Positions 1 to 12,479 of a DNA stretch of 64,000 nucleotides are shown piece after piece. Numbering within the stretch: position 1 is the first letter of the stretch; the number at the start of each line of letters is the position of its first letter. A program made the translations under genes and the position numbers. Under the pieces are notes generated by a model that worked only from the letters and a program-made list of their open reading frames with translations, had not been told where the DNA came from and did not search any database. The stretch spans positions 70,246,001 through 70,310,000 of the forward strand of contig NC_043003.1 in the NCBI RefSeq assembly GCF_006345805.1, written 5' to 3'. The stretch is from Octopus sinensis. Its lineage: Eukaryota.

Positions 1-90
1 TCATAATCATTAGGCTCCCCATCGTTGTTTACATCGTGTTTGTTGGGAATGTTGCGTTTGTCTTCGTGTTTTACAGTTTCAGTGTTTATA

Positions 91-400
91 TTATTGGGCC
101 ATTGTTGTGTGGCTTCTATCTACATTTTCCTGGTGTATTTTTTCTTTTAAATGTTCTATTTCTATTTCTGATATTTTTTTGGCTTTGAGAATGTATCTTC
201 GTACGTTAGCTAATTTATTAGGGTTCATTGCTGTATCCAAGTCTATATCTCTATTATTTTCCTTCCATATTTTATATGTATGTTTTGTTGTATTTTCATT
301 TTGTGGGTAGAGCATTGCTGTGAAGTATGCGTGTAAGATAGAAATGTATTCCTCACGTGTCCATTTACGTCTTTTGGGTTTTAATTGCGGGACATGAGGT
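91..400 (-). mobile_element. N-terminal fragment of an R4/Dong-like non-LTR retrotransposon ORF
   Basis: Minus-strand reading KRRKWTREEYISILHAYFTAMLYPQ...NKLANVRRYILKAKKISEIEIE resembles the N-terminal region of RLE-clade ORFs. It has the same orientation as the RT/RLE fragment at 1764-3295. Confidence 0.55.
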
Positions 401-405
401 ACAAC

Positions 406-483
<78 letters not shown>

Positions 484-500
484 GTTGTTGTTGTTGTCGT
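406..500. repeat. (TTA)n/(TTG)n microsatellite
   Basis: Direct reading of the sequence. Confidence 0.97.
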
Positions 501-581
501 TATCTTGCGTGAAATTGTTATTATATAAAGTCTAGTCGTGTTTTGATATTAATTTATCGGTGGTTTGTTTTGCCTCAAAGA

Positions 582-620
<39 letters not shown>

Positions 621-935
621 GTGTGTGTGGGTTGTGTGTGTGTGAATGTGTGTGTGTGTGTGTGCATGCGTGTGTATTATTGATTATAGTTAAAAATACC
701 TTGTAGGACAGTCTGTCTTCTCAAAGTATTTACATATTGCAGAATAAGATAAGAAAATGTATGGTTCATATTTAGATCGATAATATAATATACAGGAATG
801 GAGGACGAGTAAAACAAAATACGAAAACATTCGAAATTATAGACAGATTGTCCATTTTGTAGGAAATCCAATATGTTATATATTTCTCTTAATAAGGTTC
901 ATATTCCTAGTGCAAGCACTTTTATAAACCTATGT

Positions 936-1700
936 ACACATGTGTGTGTGTATGTATGTAAACATGTGTATGTATGTATGCATGCATGTATGTATGTATG
1001 CACGTACATATATGTATGCATGTATGCATGTATGCATGTATGACGTACATATATGTATGTATGCATGCATGTAGTATGCATGCATGTATGTATGTATGTA
1101 TGTGCATGTATGCATGTATGTATGTATGCATGGTATGTATGTATGCATGCATGTATGCATGTATGTATGTATGCATGTATGTATGTATGCATGCATGTAT
1201 GTATTATGTATGCATGGATGCATGTATGTATGTATGCATGTATGTATGTATGCATGCATGTATGTATGTATGTATGCATGCATGTATGTATGTAACTATG
1301 TATGCATGTATGTACGCATGTACATATATGTATGTATGCATGTATGCATGTACATATATGTATGTATGCATGTATGTATGCATGTACATATATGTATGTA
1401 TGTATTTATGTCTGTACATGTGTGTATGTATGTATGTACACACGTGTGTGTATGTTTGTATACATGTGTATGTATGTATGTTTGTATACATGTGTATGTA
1501 TGTATGTATGTATGTTCACATGTGTATGTATGTATGTACACATGTGTATATATGTATGCACATGTGTATGCATGCATGTATGTACACATATATGTGTGTA
1601 TGTATACAAGTGTATATATGCATGTACAGATGTGTGTATGTATGTGTATATACATTTGTATGTATGTGTATGTATGTACGCATGTATGTATGTATATAGG
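936..1700. repeat. Compound (TATG)n/(TGCA)n low-complexity tract
   Basis: About 760 bp of tatg/tgca/taca units; it explains all the HTYI/CMYV ORFs here. Confidence 0.95.
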
Positions 1701-1763
1701 TAGATTTGTATATTTTGTTTTATGTATGTATTCTCATACATAAAGTTGCAATTCTAGACATGC

Positions 1764-3295
1764 TCATATGTATCTAAATGATAAACGTCCAGAAAGGGAG
1801 TGTGTTACATATCCCAGGGCCCCAATGATTACAGGCATAAACCTGAACTTGTACTCTGGATAGAGTAACTGCTGATTTCTCAATAGTTCAGCATAGGTGT
1901 TCTCTCTTTCACTGATCTTCAGTTTTATGTTAACATCCGCTGGGCAGCTGATTTCCACAATTGTGCACAGTTTCTCTTCTGTATCCCAAATCATTATATC
2001 AGGTCTGTGCTACTTACATGTTATTGATGTCTTCACAGGGACATTCCACCAGTACTCCTTTTTATTATGAGTGGCTACGGCTTCTACCATATTGTGGGTA
2101 CTTATTTCTTCGGAGATATCGACGGATTTCATTATCGAGTGTTCTAGCAACAACATCATGTCTCATCAGTAGATAATACCGTGATGACATTTTCAGACAA
2201 CTGCTAATGATGTGGGTCATATATTCGGTGTCAACTCCACAAAGTCTGCATCGGTTGTCATATTTTATTGCTTTTTCTGCATCTCCATCCCTTTTGTGCA
2301 TGAGGTACTTTGTTGACATTTCCTGTTCCTGTATTGCAAACGCATAGCCTTCATAGTGGAAGGTAGTAATCCGGTTATTGGTCCATGATAGACCACTCTG
2401 ATGATCAATGTTGCTATCATCTCGGAGCTTTCTATTAACATATCCATGAATAGTCTTCTGCTCATATATACTCATATATACTCATCCTTTCATCTAATGA
2501 TATGTTGCGGGTGAGCCCTGCGGTTTCTTTGGGCATGTATTTAAGGTTATCAGAGAAGGAATGCTGCTCAAGGAGATGCCTTCCTGGTCTTATAATATTA
2601 TCACCCTCATATATGTTTACTTGGTCAAGGGATGCACTTCAACACTTGGTGGTTAAAAGATATTGCCGAAGGGATATGATACGACATTCAAAGGCATTTT
2701 GGATCGATGTTAAACCTCTACCGCCTTGTTTCGTTTTAGGTAGATGCGGTCTACGTCATTGTTTATGTGGAAATTATGTGTGCTTGTTAATATTTTTTGG
2801 GGGTTTCACATCAATGGCTCGGATCTCATCAAGTGCCCAATCAAGTAGCCCAAATGTTGGCATGAGTACTGGCACTGCAAACGCATCGTGGGCCACTGTT
2901 TTATTGAATGCAGAGAGTGTTCTGAGGTCTAAATTTTCTTTATTCAGCTGTAATATTCTTTAGTGACGCGTGTTGTTACAGGTGCCATTGTAAGATATGC
3001 TTTCATCCACTCCTAGATACCTGTAACATTCCTCGTCAGATAAAAGGGAAACAGTGAAGTCATTGATGGGGATGCTGCTAGTCTGGTTTACAGTTTTCTC
3101 CCTTTTCACAACCATATAACGACATTTATCCTGACCAACCTCCAACCCTACATCCTTTGAATCCTTTGAGAATGTTGTAACTAGGTCAAGGCTCTTTTTC
3201 ATCTCACGCATATTCTTTGCATAAAGTTTTAAATCATCCACAAAGAAACAGTATTTAATTTTGGTATTCCTGTTTCCTTGTGAACCAGTGAGATA
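1764..3295 (-). mobile_element. Degraded R4/Dong-like LINE: RT C-terminal half, CCHC knuckle and restriction-like endonuclease
   Basis: MDDLKLYAK (RT catalytic motif, 2960-3241), YRYLGV, CRLCGVDTEYMTHIISSC...RHDVVA (2065-2475), HRPDIMIWD...VEISCP...PVIIGALG (1764-2040). Stops and frameshifts are present. Confidence 0.88.
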
Positions 3296-3483
3296 TCCTG
3301 TATGTATGTATGTATGTATGTATGTATGTATGTATGTATGTATGTATGTATGTATGTCATTATTCAGTTTATTTTAAGATTTCTTGCCAATGGAGAAAGA
3401 ACCGGTTTCTAACCCAGATACAAGGCTCCTACATTGGAATTTCCAATATCAGGGTATTTTTGTTTGTATGTATGTAAATATGT

Positions 3484-3800
3484 GGAGGCGCAATGGCCCA
3501 GTGGTTAGGGCAGCGGACTCGTGGTCGGAGGGTCGCGGTTTCGATTCCCAGACCGGGCGTTGTGTGTGTTTATTAAGCCCAAACACCTAAAGCTCCACGA
3601 GGCTCCGGCAGGGGGTGGTGGCGACCCCTGTTGTACTCATTCGCCCCAACTTTCTCTCACTCTTTCTTCCTGTTTCTTAAGTAACGCTGCGATGGACTGG
3701 CGTCCCGTCCAGCTGGGGGAGGGGGGAACACATACGCCACAGAAACCGGGAAACTGGGCCCATGAACCCGGCTAGGCTTGAGAAGGGCGCATAAATAAAA
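3484..3800 (+). mobile_element. tRNA-derived SINE
   Basis: A box tggcccagtgg and B box ggtttcgattccc, followed by a non-tRNA body and an A-rich end. Confidence 0.75.
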
Positions 3801-4082
3801 AAAATGTAGATATGTATGTATGTATGTATGTGTAGATTTGTATGTTTTATGCATGTATTCTCATGCACATAGTTGCATATCTAGATAAGTTGTCTGGAGG
3901 CCATGGTTGAAGCCAATGGCTATTTTATTGAATAATTTACTCTTTAGTATCTTAAGATATTTTTACGCAATTTTGGTAAATATACCTGGTAAAATGAGAT
4001 ATCTGAGTTATTTTCATTAGACGACAATATAGTTACCGCACCCTCTAATACACACACACGCATACACACACACACACACACA

Positions 4083-4140
<58 letters not shown>

Positions 4141-4563
4141 AGATAGGTACGTAAAAGATGGAGGTGGAAATAGCTCAGAAGTTAGTCTAAACTATTTCAA
4201 GAGGGAATTTAGTAAAAAATGATTTTAAAAATTATATGAATAAAATATTACTGGTTTTGATGAATCTCATCTTATCAAATACCAATAAAAATTTATAAAA
4301 AATTGAAAACAGTTTATTTTCTCTCTGGGGGTTAAGAACATGTTTTTACTACAATTTCTTATAAATTTTTTACTGATATTTGATAAAATGAGATTCATCA
4401 AAACCGGTATTATTTTCATCATATAATTTAAAAAATCATCTTTATTAAATTCCCTCTTAAATTGAAATGTTTTAGACTTACCTTCCGTGCTATTTCTACC
4501 TCCATCTTTTATAAATAAAAAATTTGATTTGCATAGATTTCTAATGTTTTCCCCACTATATAT

Positions 4564-4595
<32 letters not shown>

Positions 4596-4610
4596 ATATA
4601 TACATATATA

Positions 4611-4859
4611 AAATTATAAATTAAGGTATCTACGAGATACCACCATGCTGAAAATAGCAGACATGATCTGACTCCATAAATGCAAAGTCAGAAATCCGGA
4701 TCTAGAACTAGAATTATCCTGTAATTTTTTACTAGTTTCATATTGTCTCTTTGTTTTCTCTCCGTGTTGATATATGGACAATTTGGGTGGTTTTAAAGCC
4801 AGATCATGGCTGCTATTTTCAGTACGGTGGTATCTCGTAGATACCCTAATTTATAATTT
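4611..4859. mobile_element. MITE-like / foldback element with ~60-bp terminal inverted repeats
   Basis: 4611-4670 (aaattataaattaaggtatctacgagatacc...catgatctg) is the reverse complement of 4800-4859 with about 4 mismatches. Confidence 0.7.
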
Positions 4860-5049
4860 TAATAATTATTACCTCTGAAGGTTATTTTTTCCATGCTGAC
4901 CACTTGATAAAATCGTTTTATTTTTAAATTAACGATCCTATCCTTATATATATATACACGTAAAAATAGAACAACACTGATACATACTCTCACACTCGCA
5001 TTTATTTATGTATGTGCCTTGTACATATGTATATGTGCACGAATGTACG

Positions 5050-5620
5050 TCTATGTCAGGTCGCTCTTGAGTGCTGCAGGTAAAATGTAACCCAATACGT
5101 CTTGGTGCCTAAAACGCCAATAAAGCTAAACATGCTTGGTGAGTTGGATATTTTTGGGACTGCTGCCGCTATAAAAGCCAAGCCCCCGTCAAATGGTAGA
5201 TGAGGTCAGGAGAGTCAATAGACATCTAATTAAAACTAACGGCTCAGAGGAACCCCTACTGACGTCACAGAATCCTTATAGAAGAGGGACACTTTAATGT
5301 AAAAGCAGAGGTTTCACCGATTATTGGTCATCTCGCTTCGGTCTGTCACTAGTACTAATCACGGACGTAGAGAATGGCACTCGTGTTGTACTTATAATGC
5401 AATGACGTAGAGATGTTCTTTTATGCTGATCTCCCTTGTCATTCCGTCTACTGAAAGTCTTGTGACGATGGAAGTAAGGCGACGCATACTGACCTACCAA
5501 GTTGTAAGCGCACAGTTATGCAGATCTGTAGGAGGGTTGAATAATCATCTAAGAAGTCATAGACGGAAAGTCAGAAATGCCGTTGACGATGGGAAAGCAC
5601 AAAGAAACGGCCATCGTCTG
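5050..5620 (+). mobile_element. Probable internally deleted RTE-like LINE remnant
   Basis: C-terminal motif QLCRSVGGLNNHLRSHRRK resembles the RTE CxxCxSxxGLxxHxRxH end; upstream sequence is non-coding. Confidence 0.45.
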
Positions 5621-6149
5621 TGAACATGTAACAATCAACATGTATGTGTGAGATGAGGAAGGGAAATGCGTGAAGTAGCCACATTAAACATCTCATGTCG
5701 ATAAGTGATATAAATACGTCTTTCCACACACTGCCCACAATTGTCTGCTTATAAATACACACGCACATGTGGAATATTTACATATTTACACACATTCATT
5801 AGTTTTACACACACACACACGCATTCACTTACTGGTCTGCTACTTTATACGTGTTGATATATGAACAGAAATATGAATGATAAATGGATTTGAATGAACG
5901 TGCATTTATCGATTTTTTGTGTTAATTTGTCTGTGTATATATCTATTTGTCTGTCTTTACATATTTACTTCTCTCTCTTTCTCTCTTACTCTCTCTATAT
6001 GCATGTATATATATGTACACACACATACACATGCACACAAAAATGCACGCGCACACATACATACACACATTAATATAACCAAGCACACACGCACACGCGC
6101 GCGCTCATAAATTGTTTGACTTTCTGAGACGAGAATTCATCATTATGCA

Positions 6150-6470
6150 TGTGTGGTAAAAAACTTGCTTCCCAACCTCAGGGATCCGGGTTCAGCCCCA
6201 GTGCGGGGTAACTTGGGCAAGTGTCTTCCACTATAGCCTTGGGCCGATCAAATCCTTGAGAATGGATTTAGTAGACGGAAACTGAAAGAAGCCCATCGTA
6301 TATGTGTGTATGTATGTATGTATGTATGTATGTATGTATGTATGTATGTATGTATGTATGTGTGTGTGTGTGTGTGTGGGGTATGTGTATTTGCGTTTGT
6401 GCTTGTCTCCCCATCACCGTTTTATATCCGGTATTGGTGCGTTTACGTCCGCATAAACTTAGCGGGTTCC
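6150..6470 (+). mobile_element. SINE family B copy (gtggtaag...gggttcagtcccactg...ttgggcaagtgtctt...gacggaaactgaaagaagccc)
   Basis: Matches copies at 9110, 31308, 41040 and 55990 within the window. Confidence 0.8.
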
Positions 6471-6750
6471 AGTTGATCTGATGAACAGAACAAACTGCTC
6501 ATGAAATTAACATGCAAGTGGCTGAGTACTCCACAGACACGCGTAACCTTAAAGTGAGATCCAGCATGACACAGAATGTGACAACGCTGGCCCCTTTTGA
6601 ATTACAGGTATAACTCATATTTGTCAACTGAGTGAACTGGAGTAACAAGAATTAAGTGTCTTGCTCAAGGACGCAATGCGTCATTAGGAATCGAACCCAC
6701 AACCATACGATAGCGAACCGAATATCCCTAACCACTAAACCACGCGCCTT
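6470..6750 (-). mobile_element. tRNA-derived SINE family C copy
   Basis: Shares aagtgtcttgctcaagga...aatcgaa...ctaaccact with copies at 13290, 24200, 32270 and 44570. Confidence 0.7.
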
Positions 6751-6808
6751 CACATTGGTTTCCTACAGCCCACGAGCATACACCCGAACACAGGATTTTT
6801 TCTGGACT

Positions 6809-6985
6809 TACCGCATTTGAAGCCACATAAGACACACTATTTTTCAAAAAAAAAAAAAGAATCTCCCGGGCCCTAAATGGAAAGTTGGGCCTATATTACA
6901 TACTTTAGTGCTCTAAAAACATTTTAAACCTGAATGTGCGCTGCTGAAATTGGGGTGCGTCCTTTATGGCATCAAATACACTGTA
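6809..6985. mobile_element. Degenerate pogo/Tigger-like MITE
   Basis: Left end taccgcatttgaagccacataagacacac versus reverse complement of right end tacagtgtatttgatgccataaaggacgcac. Confidence 0.45.
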
Positions 6986-7835
6986 GTTATTGTCTCATTT
7001 AATTTCATTTGAATCCACAGAATACATTCTCGAAGTTTCAAACTCACAGGTAGATCATTTTGAAGTTTTAAACTTACAGGAACTTACATGTAGACCGTTT
7101 TATTAACAACAGAAAGTTATGTAAACATCAGCCACATTTGATCCCAGAACATAAACACTGCTGGTCCAAAACCTGCTGAACGGATCCGCCCCTGATTTTA
7201 CATTTACACATCTAAAAGGCATAATTTTCCCATTACGCTTATCTTTGATATTTCAAGTATGTTTGCTCGTTCTGTGAACAGACGGGGATGTAACCACAAA
7301 AACACCCGATTCGTCTATATATTTACTCTAAAATCTTTGAGACTTGCCATTGAAGCCATCAGCTGCATACATAATACATAATTGCTGGCCGTGTGCCAAA
7401 ATTTGAAACAGTTATTAATTAAACTATTACACACAATTACAACGCATATAATAATTATTTGTACAACTAAATATTTTCTCCTTTATTTATTAATTTACTT
7501 GGCCTACTTACGTTAATTATTAATTATTCATTTCGTTAATCATTTGTTTGATCAGCTGTTTAATTAGTTATTTACTTCGCATTTTCAGAATTTTTCTTGA
7601 ACATCCACTCTTAGCGCCCCCCCTTCCGATAAGTAACACCCTCAGGTAACCGGGGTGCCCACTACCACCACCACCACCACCACCACCACCACCACCACTA
7701 ACCCCCCACCACCACCACCAACAACATCAGCAACACTACTAAGTTATGTAACAACCTTTGACAACCTGTCGTATTAGTATTTGCCTTTGTACGAACCTCT
7801 AACGATTTTATCAATCCCCCGTCGCATATACATAT

Positions 7836-7922
<87 letters not shown>

Positions 7923-8019
7923 ATCCAAACATGAAAACACAAAGAGAAAACGCAACAACGCGAGGACGTGGAACAAATATAGTATTATTGGACGCTCAGG
8001 AAGGAAGGGAAGAAGGAGG

Positions 8020-8054
8020 GTTTTACGTTTCGAGCGGAGCTCTTCGTCAGAAAC
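8020..8054 (-). ncRNA. Minimal type I hammerhead ribozyme motif in a PLE-like terminal repeat (repeat approx. 7915-8225)
   Basis: Minus strand reads GTTT-CTGACGA-A-GAGC tcc GCTC-GAAA-CGT-A-AAAC: 4-bp stem I, canonical core with one extra A, 4-bp stem II, palindromic ACGU stem III, GUA cleavage triplet. Confidence 0.65.
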
Positions 8055-8447
8055 ATAAGAAAAAGAAAGATCCAGAGAAGGGAAGACGGAGGAAAAAAAA
8101 ATCGCCAACGGTACACACGCAGATATCGCCCGAAGAAATGAATGCATGAATATGATTCGCCCGATGTCCACGGATACTATGGACTGTATTATAATCATCT
8201 CAGGAGTATGGACGATGATCTTAAGAAATATGTGATGGTGGAAACGCGCGTAGCGAAGAGTTAAAATATTTTAAAATTCCGACCATGGATTATTATCATT
8301 ATTACTATATTATCCCACCTTATATCGGCGCACCTCGGGGTGCGACCGTAAAATACCGCTTTTGCCTGTTGGCATCAGGCATAATGCAATAAATAGGAGC
8401 TTTTATATGCATATTCAAAACGTTTCCCGCAAACGAACTTAGAGGAT

Positions 8448-8478
<31 letters not shown>

Positions 8479-8574
8479 TTTACATAAAAACAGTTCAGTA
8501 CCGGTTTCAGGAAGGAAAAGTACAAAAGAAGGAACTGATTATACGAAGAGATTCCTTAACGAAAGGTAGGGAGA

Positions 8575-8637
8575 AGAAGAAGAAGAAGAAGAAGAAGAAG
8601 AAGAAGAAGAAGAAGAAGAAGAAGAAGAAGAAGAAGA
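8575..8637. repeat. (AAG)n microsatellite
   Basis: Direct reading of the sequence. Confidence 0.97.
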
Positions 8638-8829
8638 ATGCGGGAGTGCCATAATAGTACTGCAAATAGATTTCTCTCTAAGTTACCTGTAATACGTCGT
8701 ATACATCAGGGAACGAGCTACACAAAAATATCGATGGCTAGGAAAAATGTGAAAATTAGTACTTCAAAATTTCAGCTTCTACATTACAAACGAATTCACC
8801 CAAATCGCAATATTTGACACACGGTAACA

Positions 8830-9100
8830 TAATGATTCAGGGCACTAACGACTTCTTTAAATGCAGCAAACTCATAGGCTGCATCCTACGAACATTCATG
8901 ACAAGGGAACCGGTAGTTAGTTTCATATTTAGGGAAAACCCTAGTTCTGAGCAGTTTATATTACTGCTTACAATATTAATCTTCTAACTCATCCGGTCTC
9001 ATAGAAGAAATTGAAGGGTTACAAGGAACGTTCACTGGTAAAATACCTTCGGTTAAAAGTTTTATTTACCGACAATATCTGAAAGCGCTGAGTCTCTGTG
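8830..9100 (+). mobile_element. Degraded CR1-like LINE 3' fragment
   Basis: Reads IGCILRTFMTREP...IEEIEGLQGTFTGKIPSVKSF...LKALSL, paralleling SSWILRTFRSRE...RIESPQRALPKRI...RLKALKL of the CR1-like copy at 9530-11775. Confidence 0.65.
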
Positions 9101-9109
9101 GTAAGTAGA

Positions 9110-9467
9110 TTACTGTGTGGTAAGTATATTGCTTACTAACCACATGGTCCCGTGTTCAGTCCCACTGTGTGGTACCTTGGGCAAGTGTCTTCTACTATAA
9201 CTTCAGGCCGACCAAAGCAGTGTGAGTGGATTTCGTAGACGGAAACTGAAAGAAGCCCGTCATATATGTTTGTGTGTCTGTGTTTGTCCCCCCACCATCT
9301 CTTGACAACCGATGTTGGTGTGTTTACTCTCCCGTAAGTTAGTGGTTCGGCAAAAGTGACCGACAGAGTAGGTACTAGGTTTATAAAGAATAAGTCCTGG
9401 AGTCGGTTTGTTCGACAAAAGGCGGTGCTCCAACATGGCCGCAGTCAAATGACTGAAACAAATGAAA

Positions 9468-9470
<3 letters not shown>
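9110..9470 (+). mobile_element. SINE family B copy
   Basis: Near-full match to the copy at 31308-31770. Confidence 0.85.
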
Positions 9471-9512
<42 letters not shown>

Positions 9513-9529
9513 ATATATATATACTTGGA

Positions 9530-11775
9530 TAAAACTTAGATATGTTTCGACCAAAGATTGGTCCAGGCCATGTCTAACTTAATAGCACCACCTGATAGGA
9601 TTATCTGAATCCTGTTTAAATCAAGTTTTGTTTATGGTCCATTCAAGTAGTGAGTTTTTGTTGGGTGAGTTGTATCCAATTATGGGTGGCTTATCTGGTA
9701 TTCCTTGCAGGAATCTATCCAGACTCCGTTTAAAGTTGATGGGATCCTTTTCCTCTTTGATCTCTTTCGGGACAATGTTAAATAGGACAGGGCCTGTTGA
9801 GAAAAAGAAATTATGTTGCAGTGTACATGTATGCTGTGATCTTGAATTGGGCAGGGGACGTATGGCCCGTGGTCCCAGTCTTGGATGAACCTTGAAGCTA
9901 ATGTTCAGGTCGTTTGGGCAAAGTTAGCGGTATATTCTCCACATCGTACAAATGACGTACCGCTCACGGCGACGCTGGAGAGAGTAGAGTTTCAAGGCTT
10001 TAAGGCGGTCCCAATAATCGAGAGCAGCCATGTCTTCAATTCGTTTAGGGAGTGCTCTCTGGGGTGATTCAATCCTCGAGATGTTTGTCTTGTATGGGGA
10101 GACCACAGTGGGCAGCAGTTTTCAAGGTGTAGCCGTACAAAGGAAAAGAAAAGTGGTATGATGACACCTTGTTCTCTGGACCGGAAAGTTCTTAAGATCC
10201 AGGAACTCATCCTACGAGCTATATCGACCTTATTGTTGATGTGTGCACTCCAACTGAGATCGTCATCAACAATTACACCCAGGTTTCTGATATTGTTAGA
10301 GGCTGTGAGCGGTTCCCCTGAAGAAAGAGAGTATGGCTGTTTTAGTGAGGAATTTCTTCCAAAATGCACCAGCTCAAATTTTCCCTCGTTCAGTTGCATT
10401 TTGTTTCTGTCTGCCCATTGACTCACATCATATAGATCAGACTGGAGTTGAGTTCGGTCTGCTTCTTCATTGACGATTTGCTGGAGCTTAGTGTCATCAG
10501 CAAATATTTTCACTTTGCAGTAATGTACGACACTGGAAAGGTCGTTTATGTAAATTATAAAGAGTAGCGGGCCCAAGACAGTCCCCTGGGGGACACCGCT
10601 GGTGACTTTTGCTGGGCTTGAGTGGACTCCATCAACTATAAAATGTTGTGTTCTATTCGCTAGGAAATACTTAATCCAGTGTAGAAGTTTTCCACGGATT
10701 CCAACATTTGCCAATTTTGAGAGTAGGATATTATGGTCTACCCTATCGAACGCTTTACTGAAGTCAAGATATATGACATCAGAGTTCGAACCTGTTCCCA
10801 AGGCTTTGAGTATATCTTCAATGTGGAGTAAGAGCTGTGTTAGACAGTCCCTGCCACAGCGAAAGCCATGCTGATTTGCATTTAGGAGTGTGTGGGTCTC
10901 CAGGAAGTCAGCTATCCTTGATCTTAACACTCTTTCAAACACTTTAATGATGTGGGAGGTGAGTGAGATTGGGCGATAGTTGACTGCGAGGGATCTGTTT
11001 GCCTGTTTGAAAACTGGGATGACTGACTGGGATAGAAGCTGTTTCGGTACATAACCTGAGTCTAACGAATTTCTCCAGAGGTTGGTCAGAGGGACTGCAA
11101 GTTGGTGTCTACATTCCTTCAGGAGACTAGCGGGGAATCTATCAGGGCCTACAGCAGAATAATATTTGACCTCATTTATTGCTGCTATGATGTCAGTGGC
11201 AGTGAAGGTTATGTCTGAGATTTCGTTCGCTTCTCTTACGTCAAATACAGTGGGAACACTAACGACAGAGCAGTATTGTTTCTGCAGTATTTCTGCCATT
11301 TCTTTAGCATCGCGTTGGGGAATGCCGTTATCATCAATCAATGGCCCAATGGGTGAGACAGTGGTTCTATGCTTATTTGCATAAGAATAGAACACTTTTG
11401 GGTTGTGTTTGATGTTTTTGATTACCCACTGTTTCTCCACAGCTCTTTGATTTTCAATGGAGGTTTTCATGTCGGTCTGCAGATGAAGTTTTTCCAGCTC
11501 TAGCCTTTTCATTGTTATTGAATGTGGATGTTGTATGTGGGAATATTTTAATTGGTTGATTTTTTTTATTGAGTCTTTTGATGCACCTGATGAGTGTTTT
11601 TTTCTTTTTAGGGAGCCGGTTTCTGTTTGTGTTAGTAGATTTCGTGGGAGCATGTTTAGAGCATGTATAGGTGACAATGTTCTCAAAGTGCTGCCGTGCG
11701 GTCTCAATATGGGTGGAATTGAGAGTAAAAGACCAGTCGATGAAAGACAGATCCTTTCTGATTGCTCCAAATGGC
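9530..11775 (-). mobile_element. 5'-truncated CR1/L2-group LINE with uninterrupted RT domain
   Basis: YRPISLTSHIIKVFERV, NQHGFRCGRDCLTQL, YLDFSKAFDRVDH, GVPQGTVLGPLLFIIYINDL, IFADDTKL in ORF 9992-11815. The C-terminal DYWDRLKALKLYSLQRRRER lies in a shifted frame. No endonuclease domain is present. Confidence 0.95.
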
Positions 11776-11777
11776 AT

Positions 11778-11837
<60 letters not shown>

Positions 11838-11950
11838 TACTCAAAGAAATTCCAACTTTGATTTTTACGTTTTATTCACAATCTTATAGTGATGTAATAT
11901 TAGATACGAGAATATAACGAAATGATAGAATATTAAATGCCCATTCTGAT

Positions 11951-11995
11951 TGAACTAGTACTTTCATGCATTAAACTATGCAATCTTCAGGTCCA
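11951..11995 (-). ncRNA. Minimal hammerhead motif downstream of a Penelope-like GIY-YIG fragment
   Basis: Minus strand reads TGGAC-CTGAAGA-t-TGCAT agttta ATGCA-t-GAAA-GTAC-T-A-GTTCA: 5-bp stem I with one G.U, palindromic AGUACU stem III, CUA triplet. The first stem II pair is a U/U mismatch. Confidence 0.6.
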
Positions 11996-12479
11996 TGTAG
12001 TCGTGGTGACAGTTATGTTTTGCAATTTCTGTCTGTAGTCAGTGGATAAGCTGTGTCCCAGAATGTTAAATTTAGCAAACTGTATTCTGACCTATCAGTG
12101 TGTGATTTTACTAATTTATTTAATTTGATTGTTTGGTTTAGGCGTCACGGTTTGTTGAACATGTCAAGAGACCTGTGTTTTGACCCTGGCCAAAGTAGTA
12201 ATTGTTGGTCTATTTTTAGAAATGTTGTAAATATTATTTCCCAGGGATTTTTATATTTCAGTTATCGCCATCATCATTATCATCTCCTTTATTATTGTTG
12301 TCGCTGTTGGTGGCGGTAGGAGTAGCTGTGGTAATAGAACTTTAAACTTGAAAATAAGATTATTTTTACTGACTTTTAGCTGGTATTTTCATTCTATCAT
12401 CATAATGAGCACCTTTAGTGTTGTTAGTGGTCGCAGCAGTAGAAAGAGTACCTCTAAGTATTATTATTATTGTTTATTT

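Noticed and set aside
899-1743. Many overlapping ORFs of up to 241 aa (HTYI/CMYV-rich)
   Set aside because: They are translations of TATG/TGCA microsatellites.
2502-2963. Plus-strand ORFs here and at 10158-11384 and 57493-59547
   Set aside because: They are antisense shadows of LINE coding regions.
3484-3560. tRNA-like A and B boxes here and in other SINE heads
   Set aside because: No complete cloverleaf is evident, and each continues into a repeated SINE body, so they are not called as tRNA genes.
7100-7620. Possible very old mariner C-terminal relic
   Set aside because: The motif can only be recovered by assuming several indels.
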